Below, in pieces: positions 12,760 through 26,100 of a DNA stretch of 64,000 nucleotides. A program made the position numbers and the translations under genes. This stretch comes from Azolla caroliniana (lineage: Eukaryota > Plantae > Polypodiophyta). Location of the stretch: assembly GCA_043228905.1 (NCBI GenBank), contig JBHGNT010000001.1, forward strand, positions 8,308,001 to 8,372,000, written 5' to 3'. The notes under the pieces are model-generated. The model did no database searches. It saw only the letters and a list, made by a program, of their open reading frames with translations, and was not told the DNA's origin. Each line of letters opens with the position of its first letter. Positions within the stretch are counted from its first letter, which is position 1.

Positions 12760-12900
12760 TGGGTAACATCAGAACTGGAATTCTTATTGGGAGTGAAAAA
12801 GTGCCATACGCACAATCCTGCACATACCTAGGAATGACATTCAAAGGGTCTCTGTTTTCCATACGAAGGTTGCCTATGATCAACTATCTCGTGGATATTC
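12760..12900 (+). mobile_element. Possible decayed non-LTR (LINE) reverse transcriptase C-terminal fragment inside the TPK intron
   Basis: ILIGSEKVPYAQSCTYLGMTF resembles the LINE RT 'YLG' motif region; otherwise heavily decayed. Confidence 0.35.
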
Positions 12901-15199
12901 AGCCCTTGATGCCTTTGCAAAACGATATGAACAGATACAATACAAAGAACCTGGGAGAAAATTTGTGGTTGTTAATGGACTTCTAACACAATCCCTACAA
13001 AATCTCAATGGTAAAATTTAGGCTGCAATTGGCACAATCCCTATAAATTCTCGATGTGCTATTCTGATCAGTGATTTCATCCAAACAGGTTTGGGAGCTC
13101 CCATCATGAAAATACTTATGATTACATAAATCATCAAAACTGCAAAACAGACTCCTTGTTGGTATGCTGAAATGCAGGAATGGTTCCAACATATTTCATA
13201 TATATGAATGCGTTGCCCTCACATTCCAATATATCTTGGATTGTTCAAGTTGGACATAAACAAATTGGACAAGAATAGAGTGAGCCAAGCTGACATATAA
13301 TTAAATTGGATAACAGAAGGACGTGAATGAACTCCACAATGTTGTTTGGTAGGAAGATAGCTTGATTAATTGATTATATGTATTTTTCTTGATGCCTTGA
13401 TGATTTGATACTTTCTCCTTAAATAGGTGTTCGAATAAGAGTGCATGTGATGAATGTGATGTGTGATCACCACTTGCCGCACATGTGTGATGCATGACAA
13501 GCATGTTGCTCATCTAAGTGACCATGTATGTAATATTGCATAAGATATAATGATGAGCATATAAACTCAGAGAGAAAGTTCTAATGGTTCCATTAAGAAC
13601 TTGTAATAACAAATGGGGGAAGGTTACAATAGTAGCAACCTCAAATGCTAATCGACTATAGAATCAACAACTCAACATGTAATCAACCACATATACAAGA
13701 GGGGGGCTTGGTTTATGTAGCTCCACTTTCTCACTACTTAATAAATACCTTCTCAACATGCCAACATGGTTGAGGAAATATTACAAAAGGGAATGTTCCA
13801 AATGGTGCAACACTTGAAAGCAAATGGGAAGCTTTCAAGAAGTTCATTAGCACATGCCTTGCAAAGGCACTACTAAATGTAGCTCAAAGAAAAAAATGGT
13901 TTAAAAATGCATTTCACGCAGCTTGGAAGTACTTTATGAGTTTAGGCATAGTCAAAGATAAGGAAAGCTGGCAAATGTGTATCTACACGCATACAAAAAA
14001 CTTATTTATCAAAAGAAAAGAATATGGAAAGCTAATCAACAATTCCTCCACACCAAGAGACATCAGATGGATGTGGTAAATCTTGGGCTCGTGTTGAGAG
14101 TTATGGTAACTAAACCCTGCATGCATTGTAAGAACTCATATGCACAATCCAATGTACAAAAGAGGATGTGTTATAGCTATATCTCATATATGTCTTTCTT
14201 CTTTATTATTGAGGATGCATGCACGAGGCTGAAGAAATTGGCCACATACAAGTCAGGAGATCTTTAAGGTATCACGACTGATGCTCAAATGGACAAGAAA
14301 GTAAGCACATGATTGGAAAAGTGATACAATTAATTGTGCATTGCAACATGGCATAGCCTATGATTACATGCCTCATGAGCATCTTTGAAGACACATGGAT
14401 GAACCCCAAGACCAAGGGAATATATGCTTGCAATTTCCTCAAATCTTTGAGAGGCTGATATGTCATTTTTGTATATGAGATGGAATTTCAGATTTTGTTT
14501 ATTAGCACTATGCTAAGCAAGGACGCCCACCTCACCAACTCTCATTGGATTATGCACTGATGAATTGGAGCACATAGTTGACAAGTTTGAAAAGCAAAAA
14601 GGGATTGAAAAAGTTGCTGTTGAGAAGAACCTGGTCCCTAGGATAGCTTGGCTTTACTAAAGTAGAAAAAACCGAAGGGAAAAAGAAAATATGGGCGATT
14701 GGTAGGAGTTAAATGACTGTAATTGGGATACTTCCCTAGGTCAAAGAAAAGAATAATGGGTTCATTTTAGATGAGACTCTGTAAGTTATAAAACAAGCTC
14801 ATTCGGATCCCTTAGGTATCCAGTAAACTAGTTTAGAAAGAGATTTTCAGCGAGCGTGTATCTAGATGGCCATCTAGACTCCAATTATGCATTGACTTGA
14901 GCGTGTATCTAGATGGCCTCCTATGTTCCTCCTCGGCGAGAAGAGTTTTTTGCTCACCAAATCGCTATGTAGTCTTTTTTCACTTTGTAAAATATAATGA
15001 CTATTAAGGAGATATCTTACTCCTGGTCACTGAACCATAGATTTATTCCAGATTACATAGAACCTTTATATGTTGACAGTACCTTTATATGGCCAATCAA
15101 AAAGAGAGATGTACTGCTTATAAAGGAAATCACTATACCAACACTTACATATTCATAAATAAGATGCATCGAGAGAAAGCATTGATGGTATAGAAATAC

Positions 15200-16641
15200 C
15201 TAACATGGCCATCATTATCGAGATCAGCTGCAACCAAATCTCCGAATGTCATGTCCTTCTCTAAGACACGCCTTGCTAGCAGCCGATGGCGCTTCTCAAT
15301 TCGTGCTTCAGCAAGGTATAGAAATGATCTGGCCACTGCAAGAGTACTTACTAATAGCCATATGGAAGCAAAGATCCTTCCTGAGGTGGTCTTGAAAGCG
15401 TGATCCCCATACCCCACTGTTGTAACAGACATACAAGAAAGGTAAAAAGAATCCAGCCACCCCAAGTTTTCGGTAAAATGCATGAATAATGTTCCCACGC
15501 CTATGCACATGGTAACGGCACCAAAAGCAATTACTACTTTCAACCGAATTCGCATCCTCCCTTTCTTTACATCTACCAGGTAATTTCGGGCAGCTCGATA
15601 TTGTCCTGTGTATAAAACCGAATTTAGGAGTTCCTCTTCTTGTCGATCTAAAATATAGTTCACCACTCCAGTTAGAAGAATATCAATAAGTCCAAACCCC
15701 ACTAGCACAAATACACACGCGAAAAGTTTAGATAGGGATGTAGCTGGAGTAATGTCTCCGTATCCAATGGTGCACATTGTGACAATGCAGAAATAGATTG
15801 CATCGACAAAGCTGTTAGTTGATGTTCCGGAAAAGTCATCCTCCTTCCACATATAGATACCTACACCGAACACAAGGTAGGCTATTAAGCATATAAAAGC
15901 CTGTGATATAAGAGGTGATGATGATGAATATGAATCCTGTTTTGCATGTGGCTTTCCCAAGTCTGCCATCACAGCCATTGCTGGAGCTGTTCTTGACCTA
16001 TGTAGCTGTTTCTTAATGTGGGCAGGCCTTGAGACATATTGCTGTGCTGCTGCTGCGGACACTGGTGTTGCTGTTGCTGACAGTGGTGGTGGTGGTGGTG
16101 CTGCTGCTGCTGGAGACCACGTCTCTCTCCTCACATCAGAATCACGAGCCTTTGGGCTTCTTATATCAAGAAGATCCATCCTTGTGAGGTCAGCAAGGTA
16201 GGTTTGGTGGCCACTTCCATGACCACCTACAACTATATTGTCCAGAAAAGAATCATCAAAAACACTGTTATCTGATTCAGACACAAATCCATCAGCCACA
16301 CTGCCACCACATGTGCATGGACACATGCAGTTTCCGTGAGTACGGCTACTGCTGCCCCTGCCTCTGCCCCTGCCTCTGTGTGGAGAGGGTGTTTCGGACT
16401 GCACTTCTTCTTCAAAAACCGGTTTTTTCAAGGCATAATCCAACCAAACAAAAGATCCCGGGCTAGAATCAGGGCCATAAATGAGCCTATCCTTGATCAA
16501 TGCTGCCGGGGAGGCTGGGGAGGGGATAGCTCGCCTCCTGTTCAGTTGTGCTTCCTGGTCTTCTGCCCCGGCAGAGATCGACACATCCTCCAGAATTTTA
16601 TAGAGGCTGGAATGGCGCACCAGAAGAGGCTCTTCTTCCAT
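15200..16641 (-). CDS. TPK: Two-pore (tandem-pore) K+ channel TPK/KCO, exon 1; spliced protein ~534 aa
   Basis: Two pore loops TIGYGD and TVGYGD, four TM helices, 14-3-3-type motif HRSRTAPAM, EF-hand DLDNDGHV; donor GTTAG|GTATTT at 15200/15199; intron 12567-15199. Confidence 0.96.
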
Positions 16642-16965
16642 CTGAGTAATGATAACAGATGGAAACTATAATCACAATACATGGAGGCAAAGGGAGGGCT
16701 GCTTTGCAGGGCCTATACGATTAAGCACGCACACACACACCCCTATGTGCATGTGTGTATTCCGTACTTCAGATTTTCTTGGTTGTCTTCAGAGAAATGA
16801 AGGAAAGGGGAAATACCTGAGAGGTTAGAGGCGCGTAATCGAAGCTTCTTCCTTGGCGTACGTCATTTGCAGAGCACGATGAAGGAGGAACAGAGGAGGA
16901 GCAGAGGAGCAGAGGAAGGGGCAGGGGAAGCAGGAAGCCTTCATAATAAGAAGATTGGTTGATTG

Positions 16966-17149
16966 TCTATGTATGTATGTACATATTGTAGTTATGTATA
17001 TATGTATGTATGGAATCTGGATATATGGATATATGTATGTATGTATGTGTGTGTATGTGTGTATGTGTGTATGTGTGTATGTGTGTATGTGTGTATGTGT
17101 GTGTATGTATGTATGTATGTATGTATGTGTGTGTATGTATGTATGTATG

Positions 17150-17192
<43 letters not shown>

Positions 17193-17333
17193 GGATGGAT
17201 GGATGTATGTATGTATGTGTGTGTGTTGTGTGTATGTATGTATGTATGTATGTATCTATCTATCTATCTAAGTATGTACGTATGTACGTATGTATGTGTG
17301 TATCTATTGTATGTATGCATGTATGTATGTATA
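16966..17333. repeat. Compound microsatellite (TATG)n/(TG)n/(TATC)n/(GATG)n upstream of TPK
   Basis: Directly visible; the ORFs called here are repeat artefacts. Confidence 0.95.
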
Positions 17334-20300
17334 CAAAGGCTTTCACTTGAAGTAGGGGCTCTCTTACTCAGCTCCCCCAAGGCAAAGAAGAGAACTCGGG
17401 GATATTTTGTTAGGCATGCTTGTCTCTGCCCTTGTGCGATTTGACCTACAACGATTGCGAGCAATTTTCATCATACCTGTATGAATTGCCAAAGGATAAA
17501 TGCCCCCACCAAATCACCGGTTTGGTTACTGCAACAAGGTACGCAACTGATTCAGTTCAAGGTTTCCATTTGAATGATAACACCTTTTGGCTAACTTGAC
17601 GGTGCATTGCCAACATTGGGTAGTCGTCAAACATGACACATGTTGCTCAATCATTGGGTGTGTTGCCCACTACTTTGAAAGTCATAAATAGGATACAATG
17701 TTAAGGCAAGGCAAAACATGAAAAACGAGTCATTTGGGTCTTCATTTTTTCGAGTGTGACATAGTTGATGAGGAGCATTCAATACTCCCCCCAAAACCAT
17801 TCTAGGTTACCTTATGCAAAATAAAAAATGAAGAGTTGTCACTAATATTACTCAATGGTGTATCCAACCCTCCCCTTAAGTCACCTTTTGAAATTTTCAA
17901 ATGAACTCGACTGAAACCCCCTCACACATTGTTTGAATTCGATTTATCCCAAATTGGGCATTGTTTACTATTGAAGATTTAGGTTTCTACAATGTCTGAT
18001 AATACCTCAAACCCCTTAAGAACTTCCAAATTCCAATTATACATCGCTTTGTTTTGAAGGCATATCACCCTCACCAAATGATAACAATTATAAGATTTCT
18101 TATTGTATTATTACATCATACAATATTAAACTTTAGTTTTTTCGTGCAGTTATCTTTAAATTGCTTCATAATATTTATATGTACATATACAAATATGTAT
18201 GGCATATACGTATACATATACCAAAAAGAGAACATAAGAAGACAAATAAAACGTGACCTAAATAAACAATCATTTTCAAAAATCTTAGTATATATACAGA
18301 TTTTACTCACTTTATAGCATATGACGTGAACATGGAAAAGTGATCAATTAATTATAATCATCTAATAAATCATTCAACCACATCTACGAAGCTCTTGTAT
18401 ATTCTACGTACACTTTGCTCCGAACACATTTTGTTAAAATAAATTTAAAATGGTGTCTTCTTAAATTACGCATCTATTGTTATAGGGCAAAGGAAATGGA
18501 TGTCGACATTTATGGTAACCAATTCGTTAGACTTTATAAGTATATGTATTTGTCAAACTTCCATTAAAATTTGTGTGTATGACTTTATTGTTTAGATTGT
18601 TTTCTATCTCTTGTTCACTTTATTGGTGTTTCTTCAAATTACTATACTTTCAACAAATGATAATGCTAGTTACAATTATTACTTGAGTGTATTCAATCTA
18701 TTGAATGCTCCTTGAGTCTTCAGAGTTTTTAGAAAGGTGTGTTATCTTGTTCACTTTAACTTTGTATACAAACAACATTTGTTTGAAGTCGAGATTTTGT
18801 CAAAACCTTGTCATATTCTATATCCTTGGGCTTTGCTCGATGAATAGATTACAAATATCATGTCAATGCATGGATCTCTATGCTACTCAAGACACAAAAG
18901 TTATTTGCCCTAAAAATCCAGAAAACAAAAATGACATCATAACTAAATTTGGACTCAAATTTGGGGCCTTTAAAGCATCTAGAATATTCCCATAAAATGC
19001 TTTCTCAAAATTATGGGAAGTTGCTTTCATTAGGGAGCTTTTACGCCACACACTCCAATTTGAACAATCTTTCAATTTTACGGTATTCTATATGATATGC
19101 CTTTGGTAATATATACTTCAACATGCCCCAGTTATGAGTCCAAATATTGCCTTGTTGAACTTTCGCTAAATTATAAGCATAGTCATTCCAATGTCTCAAA
19201 GTCACAATATTTTACTCATCGATCAAAGTTTCACCGCACTTAAAAGTTGATTAGATTACCCATTCCTAAAGTGAGTATAGGGAACTTCAAATCCTAATTA
19301 GGGTCTTTTAGAGATAACTATACAACTTTGGCATTCCAATGTCTCATTGACGTCTTCTACATTCTTCAACATTGTCACCAAAACCATGTCATTAATATAT
19401 GGACAAGCCTAAAGTTATAGATGAAGAACAATTGAAATGAAACATTATAACTATGTTGATTTCCACAAGCCAATTTGTTCTCGTCCAAATTCAATTGAGA
19501 ATGTTACTTACATACAATAACAAATATGTATGTATGGTCTTAATCTATTTGATGTATCCAATGAAACTTTGTTATCTAAAGAAGGAGATATAATTTTCTT
19601 TTAAACATTATATCTAAACTTTGCAATCTAAGACGTGTTTTTTTAATGTTTTCTTGAAGGTATATGTTATTGTGATATATAATGGAGACATTGTTTTTTT
19701 TATAGTCCTATTTTAAAGAATTAGCACACAAAAAACCCATATAAGAAGATTCCCCATCAATTAATATGCGATGATTTGGGAAGTTCTTTTATTATTGCCA
19801 TGATAGGTTTGAGGAATCTATGCTGTGTCTGTCCAACTTGCAAAGCAATATACCTCTTCGAGATCTATACATGTGAGGTTATCATTGTGATATGTTAAAG
19901 TCTACAAATACGAGAACCCATTGCAGTTGCACGTTTCACTCCTTCAAACATATTCAATCTTCTCCTTCCACATGTATGTACATATAATTTGGAATGGATG
20001 CTATCATCGAGATATTTCCTTGAAATTTTATTGGCTTCCAGTCGCACAAATGGCCCACATGTTGTTTGTCGTAAATTATGGGCGGTCTATTAAATCAAGC
20101 TGCACATTTTGGCTTAACATCATATCTCAAATATATAAAAAACAAGCAAATGTCTATTTTGGAGATCGTTGTGGATTTTTCACATCAACACTAATTAGTG
20201 GCCTTCATATCGAGAAGAAGTTAACATGATAGAAACAAAATGGTATGGTTCTTGTTGATGTGGTATGGTTTTTACAACTCATGAGACATCATGCAAATGT

Positions 20301-21774
20301 AAATGAGTGAAATTGAATATATACTTCAACATTAATCACCACTTGAAACTAAAATAAAACAAATCCATAAAGATGATAATTGATGAGAATGAATGCGATC
20401 TACTCTACTTATACCATAAATGATAATCACTTTATAATTCATCTATTTCTCTTTATTGATGACAAACAAAATATTCAAACTATACTTACAAGACCTCATT
20501 TGTCATATTTTGCAATATATTGTTTGCATTATTTAAAGACGATATCCACTTATTAATTGCATGGATAAGTTGATTTAGTCATTTGGATCATTGCTCATCA
20601 TATATCTATAAGAACGCTAAGGCCATGTTCATTATCGTCGGAATTTCATGATTAGCTAATGTATGAATAAAATAAAAAATTATCAACTTGTGCCACAAAC
20701 CCATGATGGTCATCACATCATGCATACATTAATCCTTTTAAAATACATATAAGTTTAACAACCTATCAATTCATTGCCAACTCATAACTCGACACATCAA
20801 GGTTCCTCTCACTCCCCGGTCCATGTCAATACAAAGTCATATAAAACGTGATTGAATATAATACATTTGCGTTCACAACACAAGTTGATGCATTGCCTCT
20901 TATTTTTATGAGCGCATTGTTATACAACTAAATTAAAATGGGTGAACTTTGTTTATTTTTAAAATCAAAACATCATAATAAAAACTATCCATTTACTTCA
21001 ATGAAACACAATCATTTTCCGTAAAATAAAATATTTCCCAAAACATAGATGATCCCCAAAAGGAAACATTTAAAATGTATTGAATATTAACATAAGATGC
21101 ACAAGCTATTAAATAAAGGATGGTAATGTATGTTGGCTCAATCAAGTGGGGGAATGTATGTTGGCTATCATGGCAGGCCCTAGTTGACAGATATGAGAAT
21201 CAGGAAGGGGGGATGACTTTAGTTATAAGCACAAGAGGTTTTTTTCTCCACCATCGACAATGTCCACTCAACTCCTATCAATGCCAAATCTCAAGTTGTG
21301 TTGGAATTGGTCAGCCATATAACTCTTTGGATTCTATGGAAACAACGGTGTAGACGGGTCTTCTCCAACCAAACCGTGCAACCAATAGTGTTAATGCAAG
21401 AGATATGGAGTGAAGTGGTAGTCACTCTAAAGAGCCAATATGATGGCCTCAAGGGTGACTCCGATGGAGTTGAAAGACAACGACTGTCATGATATGGCAA
21501 GACTTGAACCCATGACCTTAGGTTATATGGGTCGAGCTCTTGACCATTAAATCATCTATTGTAATACGTAGGATATTATTTTCATTTACATTTTATTATA
21601 GGAAATTAGTGTATATTCCAGATTTCTCTGGAACATTCTAGAAGCTTCAGGATTACTCCTGAAAACACTATAAAAGAGGGCACTAGGCATTATGTTGAAC
21701 CAAATTGGTTCAACGCCAGTCTTAAGCCTTTTAGCCACCATTGTATATTCTCTTCATATAATACATATCTTTCT

Positions 21775-21815
<41 letters not shown>

Positions 21816-21984
21816 ACTTCTTCCTTCTCTCGAAGAAGTTCCACACCTCTCATAGTACTAATCCTTCGTTTAGTACTAATTCCTTCTCTATCTCAGTACT
21901 GTTCATGACAGTTTGAACCAAATTTCCCTACCTTCTGTCTCTCTCATTTCCTATTAATCTTTTATTCCTCTTTTCTTTCATCCC

Positions 21985-23145
21985 ATGGCCACTGTTAGCG
22001 CTGAAGAATATCAATCTGTTTTCTCGGAATTTCAATGCTTGAAGGAGAAGTTCCATGCTTTGGAACAAGAAAACCAACGGTTGCTGGGGGATCTTCAGCA
22101 AATCTCCTTAGAAAAGCAGCAAACGCAACAACAACATGGGGAACTTGCGTTACGCGTGCAACAACTCGAAGCAACCATCATAGCGATGCAACAACAAGGG
22201 CCCGAAACACAAGGGATTCATAAAGAACCCAAGATTGGCCTTCCCATGAAGTTCGATGGAACGCGATCGCAGTTTAGAGGGTTCCTTAACCAGGTACGAT
22301 TAGTTATTCAAATGCATCCTTCCCGATATCCCACCGATGCATCACGAGTGGGTTTAGTAGGCACTTTGTTAAGTGGCTCAGCGTTGTCATGGTTCGCTCC
22401 ACTATTAGAAAAGGAATCTCTGTTACTCAACAATTTTGAAGAGTTTCTAGGTGAGTTTAAAGCATGTTTCGGAGATACTGACAGCATCAGGACCACAATC
22501 AACAAAATCCGGCGATTACGCCAAGGTGACCGTCCAGCCTCCGCATACGCTGCTGATTTTCGCCTACTCGCCGCCGATATCCCTTGGGATGATCAAGCGT
22601 TGATGGAGCAATTCCGTTATGGTTTACGCAACGACGTCAAGGATTTACTATTGACCTTCCCCGAAGAGCCAAAGTCCTTAACAGAAGCAATCAGTCGTGC
22701 GGTGAGATGTGACAACCGCCTCTTTGAGCGACGTTCGGAACGACAGCTACATATGCCGAGGGCAAGATCAGAGCCCACCTACGCCTCAGTGGTAGCAAGA
22801 CCTTTTCCGAGGGAGTCATATAATGCGCCTCCAGCGAATACTCCGACTCCGATGGAGATTGACACTACACGTCGTCGAGGGCCATTATCCGAAGAAGAAA
22901 AGCAGCGACGCCGTACAAATCGACTATGTCTTTACTGCGGTGGACCAGGACATATCGCAATAAATTGCCCCCATAGGCCAAGAAGACAGTTAAACCAAAT
23001 AGTCGCTAGTTCTAATTGTACTAAATCCGAGCCTATTTCAGTAGGGATATCTGATAGTCCTAATAGTACTAATAGTACTAATATCCCAGATCTAGCAAAC
23101 AAATTTGATGTCCTTAGTCAATTAGAAGAAGAGTTAAACGACTAA
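21985..23145 (+). CDS. gag: Chromovirus Gag, intact 386 aa (coiled coil, retrotransposon gag domain, CCHC knuckle)
   Basis: PMKFDGTRSQFRGF, LRQGDRPASAYAADF, PMEID, CLYCGGPGHIAINC. Confidence 0.92.
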   Translation: MATVSAEEYQSVFSEFQCLKEKFHALEQENQRLLGDLQQISLEKQQTQQQHGELALRVQQLEATIIAMQQQGPETQGIHKEPKIGLPMKFDGTRSQFRGFLNQVRLVIQMHPSRYPTDASRVGLVGTLLSGSALSWFAPLLEKESLLLNNFEEFLGEFKACFGDTDSIRTTINKIRRLRQGDRPASAYAADFRLLAADIPWDDQALMEQFRYGLRNDVKDLLLTFPEEPKSLTEAISRAVRCDNRLFERRSERQLHMPRARSEPTYASVVARPFPRESYNAPPANTPTPMEIDTTRRRGPLSEEEKQRRRTNRLCLYCGGPGHIAINCPHRPRRQLNQIVASSNCTKSEPISVGISDSPNSTNSTNIPDLANKFDVLSQLEEELND

Positions 23146-26100
23146 GTCCAGCCAAAATAGGAGCCGTTTGGTTGGACAACCCTAGATCTGTGCAGCCCAT
23201 TAGTGGTTCCATTACCTCTAAGCAAGTTAGTGATGTGTTCGTAGCCCAAGTAATAGTTAGTACTAAAAGTACCCCTCCAGTACATGTCCTAGCACTCCTA
23301 GATTCTGGAGCTAACTCTTGCTTTATGGATAAGAAATTTGCTCAAGCTCATAAGATATCCCTAAGAAAACTCCAGTGTCCAGCCTCTGTAGTAGTCATTG
23401 ATGGACGTCCCATTGCTTCCGGAAATATCATAGAAGAGTAAGAGACCATTAATATTGTCCTAGATAACTTAGAATGTGTAATATCATTTAATATTATTAG
23501 TATCCCAGAACATCCTATAGTTTTAGGATTACCGTGGTTCGAGTTACATAACCCAGACATAGATTGGAGAACAAGAGAAATCCGGTGTCGACAAACCCAA
23601 GGGTCAACTCAGAAGATGCCAACCATTTCGCTATGTCAGTTGCGTAAAGAAGGGCGCAAGGAGGAAATGTTCCTCTTTGCAATATCAGTAAACCCCTCCA
23701 GCACCACTAAAGAAGAATCCACCGTTCAACTTCCCGAGAAGTATCGTCATTACGCCGATGTGTTCGATAAAGTACAAGCCAACACACTTCCTCATCATCG
23801 ACTGTACGATTGCCCCATCGATTTACAACCGGGAAAAGAGCCGCCATGGGGACTGATCTACAATTTGTCACCAACCGAGCTAGAAGTCCTTCAGACCTAT
23901 ATAGAGGAGAATTTGGAAAATGGTTTCATTCGGCATTCGAAATCTCTAGCCGGCGCGCCCATTTTCTTTGTCAAAAAAAAAGATGGATCGCTTCGTCTCG
24001 TTGTAGATTACCGTGGCTTGAATAAGGTTACAATCAAGAATAGGTATGCTCTTCCCCTTATCTCAAGTCTTTTAGAACGGATCAATGGTGCCGGGTTCTT
24101 CACGAAGATCGACCTACGGGGAGCATATAACCTCGTACGGATCCGACCAGGAGACGAATGGAAGACCGCGTTTCGCACCAGATATGGGCACTTCGAGTAT
24201 ACGGTCATGCCATTTGGCCTCACTAATGCGCCGACAGTCTTCCAACACATGGCTAATGATATATTCCGAGATCTATTGGATGATTGTTTGATCATCTATT
24301 TGGATGATCTACTGGTTTATTCAAAGACCCAAGAAGAACATGATTCTCATGTACTATTAGTACTAAAACGACTTCGAGAACATGGTCTGTATGCAAAGTT
24401 GGAAAAATGTAGTTTCGGGTGCAACCAAGTGGAATTTCTCGGCTACATCATTTCGTCAGAAGGCATCTCCATGGACCCAGCTAAGATCAAAACGGTGGTA
24501 GAATGGTAGACTCCGCGTTCGGTGCGGGATGTGTAATGCTTCTTAGGCTTTGCCAATTTTTACCGGAAGTTCATACAAGATTACTCAAAGATTGTTCTAC
24601 CTCTCACACAACATACCAGGAAGGGACAACCGTTCATCTGGTTTGAAGAAACGGACATGGCTTTCGAGAGTCTTAAAAAGGCATTTACATCGGCTCCAAT
24701 TCTAGCTCATGTCGATCCGGAAAAACCATTCATTATCGAAGTTGACACATCGGATTTTGCATTGGGGAGCATTCTGTCACAACAAGGGAATGATGAGAAG
24801 CTACATCCTGTGGCTTTTCACTCACGCAAGTTTGACGCCGCCGAAATCAACTACGAAATTCATGATAAGGAGCTATTGGCAATAGTGGATTCTTTTATGC
24901 AATGGAGGCATTTTCTGGAGGGATCCTCTCATCCAGTCACCGTATTTAGTGACCACAAGAATCTTGCCTACTTTCAGGATGCTCGTGTGTTGAATCGACG
25001 TCAAGCTCGGTGGGCCCACTTCCTCACGCGTTTCGACTTCAAAATTACATATCGTCCGGGGAGGCACCAAGGGAAGGCAGATGCATTATCACGACGTTCG
25101 TATCTAGCACCCCGTCCCGGCGAGCCAACTTTTGATAACCAAAAACAAGTCATCTTGGGACCGGCACGACTACAAGCAACACAGATCTTTGACATGCCTA
25201 TGGATTCCCGCGTTATCGATACCATACGTGAAGACTTGAAGACAGATGCGTTCGCCCAAGCTATACTAGCACAAATTGATCCCTCTCGAGCGTCATGTTC
25301 ACAGTCGCAACCACCAGGTACGGACTATCGGCAATTCAAATACCATGATGGATTACTCTTCTTTAAAGAACTTTTGTATGTTCCTAATGGTTCTTGCCGC
25401 CTTCGAGTAGTACAAAACTGTCATGACACATATACAGCTGGGCATTTTGTATGCGACAATTTGTCGAGGATTTTGTTCGGACTTGTGATACATGTTGCAG
25501 AGCGAAAATGCCAAGGCATCATCCATATGGTTTATTAGAACCATTACCAATTCCAAGCAAGCCGTGGCAATCCATTGCTCTAGACTTCATCACAGATCTT
25601 CCAGTCTCTAAGGGGTTCAATGCGATTCTAACGGTGGTCGATCAATATACGAAGATGGCTCATTTCTTGCCATGTACTAAGGAGATCTCCAGTGAAGACA
25701 CTGCCAAAATTGTCATGCGTGAAGTATGTCGGCATCATGGACTTCCCGATAGTATCATCAACGATTGTGGACCCCAGTTCGTGTCAAAATTCTAGAAGCA
25801 CCTTTTTAACATGCTCAAGGTCACTTGTAACCTCTCCGCCGGCTACCACCCACAAACCGACGGCCAAGCTGAACGAACAAATCAAACGTTGGAGCAGTAT
25901 CTACGGTGCTTTCTCAGCTATCATCAAGATGACTGGGCAGATATTCTCCACTTCGCCGAATTTGCCTATAACAACTCTATCCACGCATCCACTAAAGTTA
26001 CGCCATTTTATGCTTATACGGGATGTCACCCCTGGTGTAGTGTACTTGAAACCCTAGAGGTGTCCACAAATCCGTGCGCGGAGGATCGTTTGGAGCAGTT

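Noticed and set aside
13540-14470. Further LINE-like peptides in the TPK intron
   Set aside because: No diagnostic motif recognisable by eye
15145-15199. ORF-track C-terminus of TPK (RYFYTINAFSRCILFMNM)
   Set aside because: Intron read-through; a good donor and a matching exon 2 exist
16955-17444. Three overlapping 100-144 aa ORFs rich in M/Y/V/C
   Set aside because: Translations of a compound microsatellite
18640-20150. Possible ancient hAT transposase relic on the minus strand (GAFNRLNTLK, LNLDE, ILDALK fragments)
   Set aside because: Fragments are too short and decayed to support without a profile search; no TIR or TSD found
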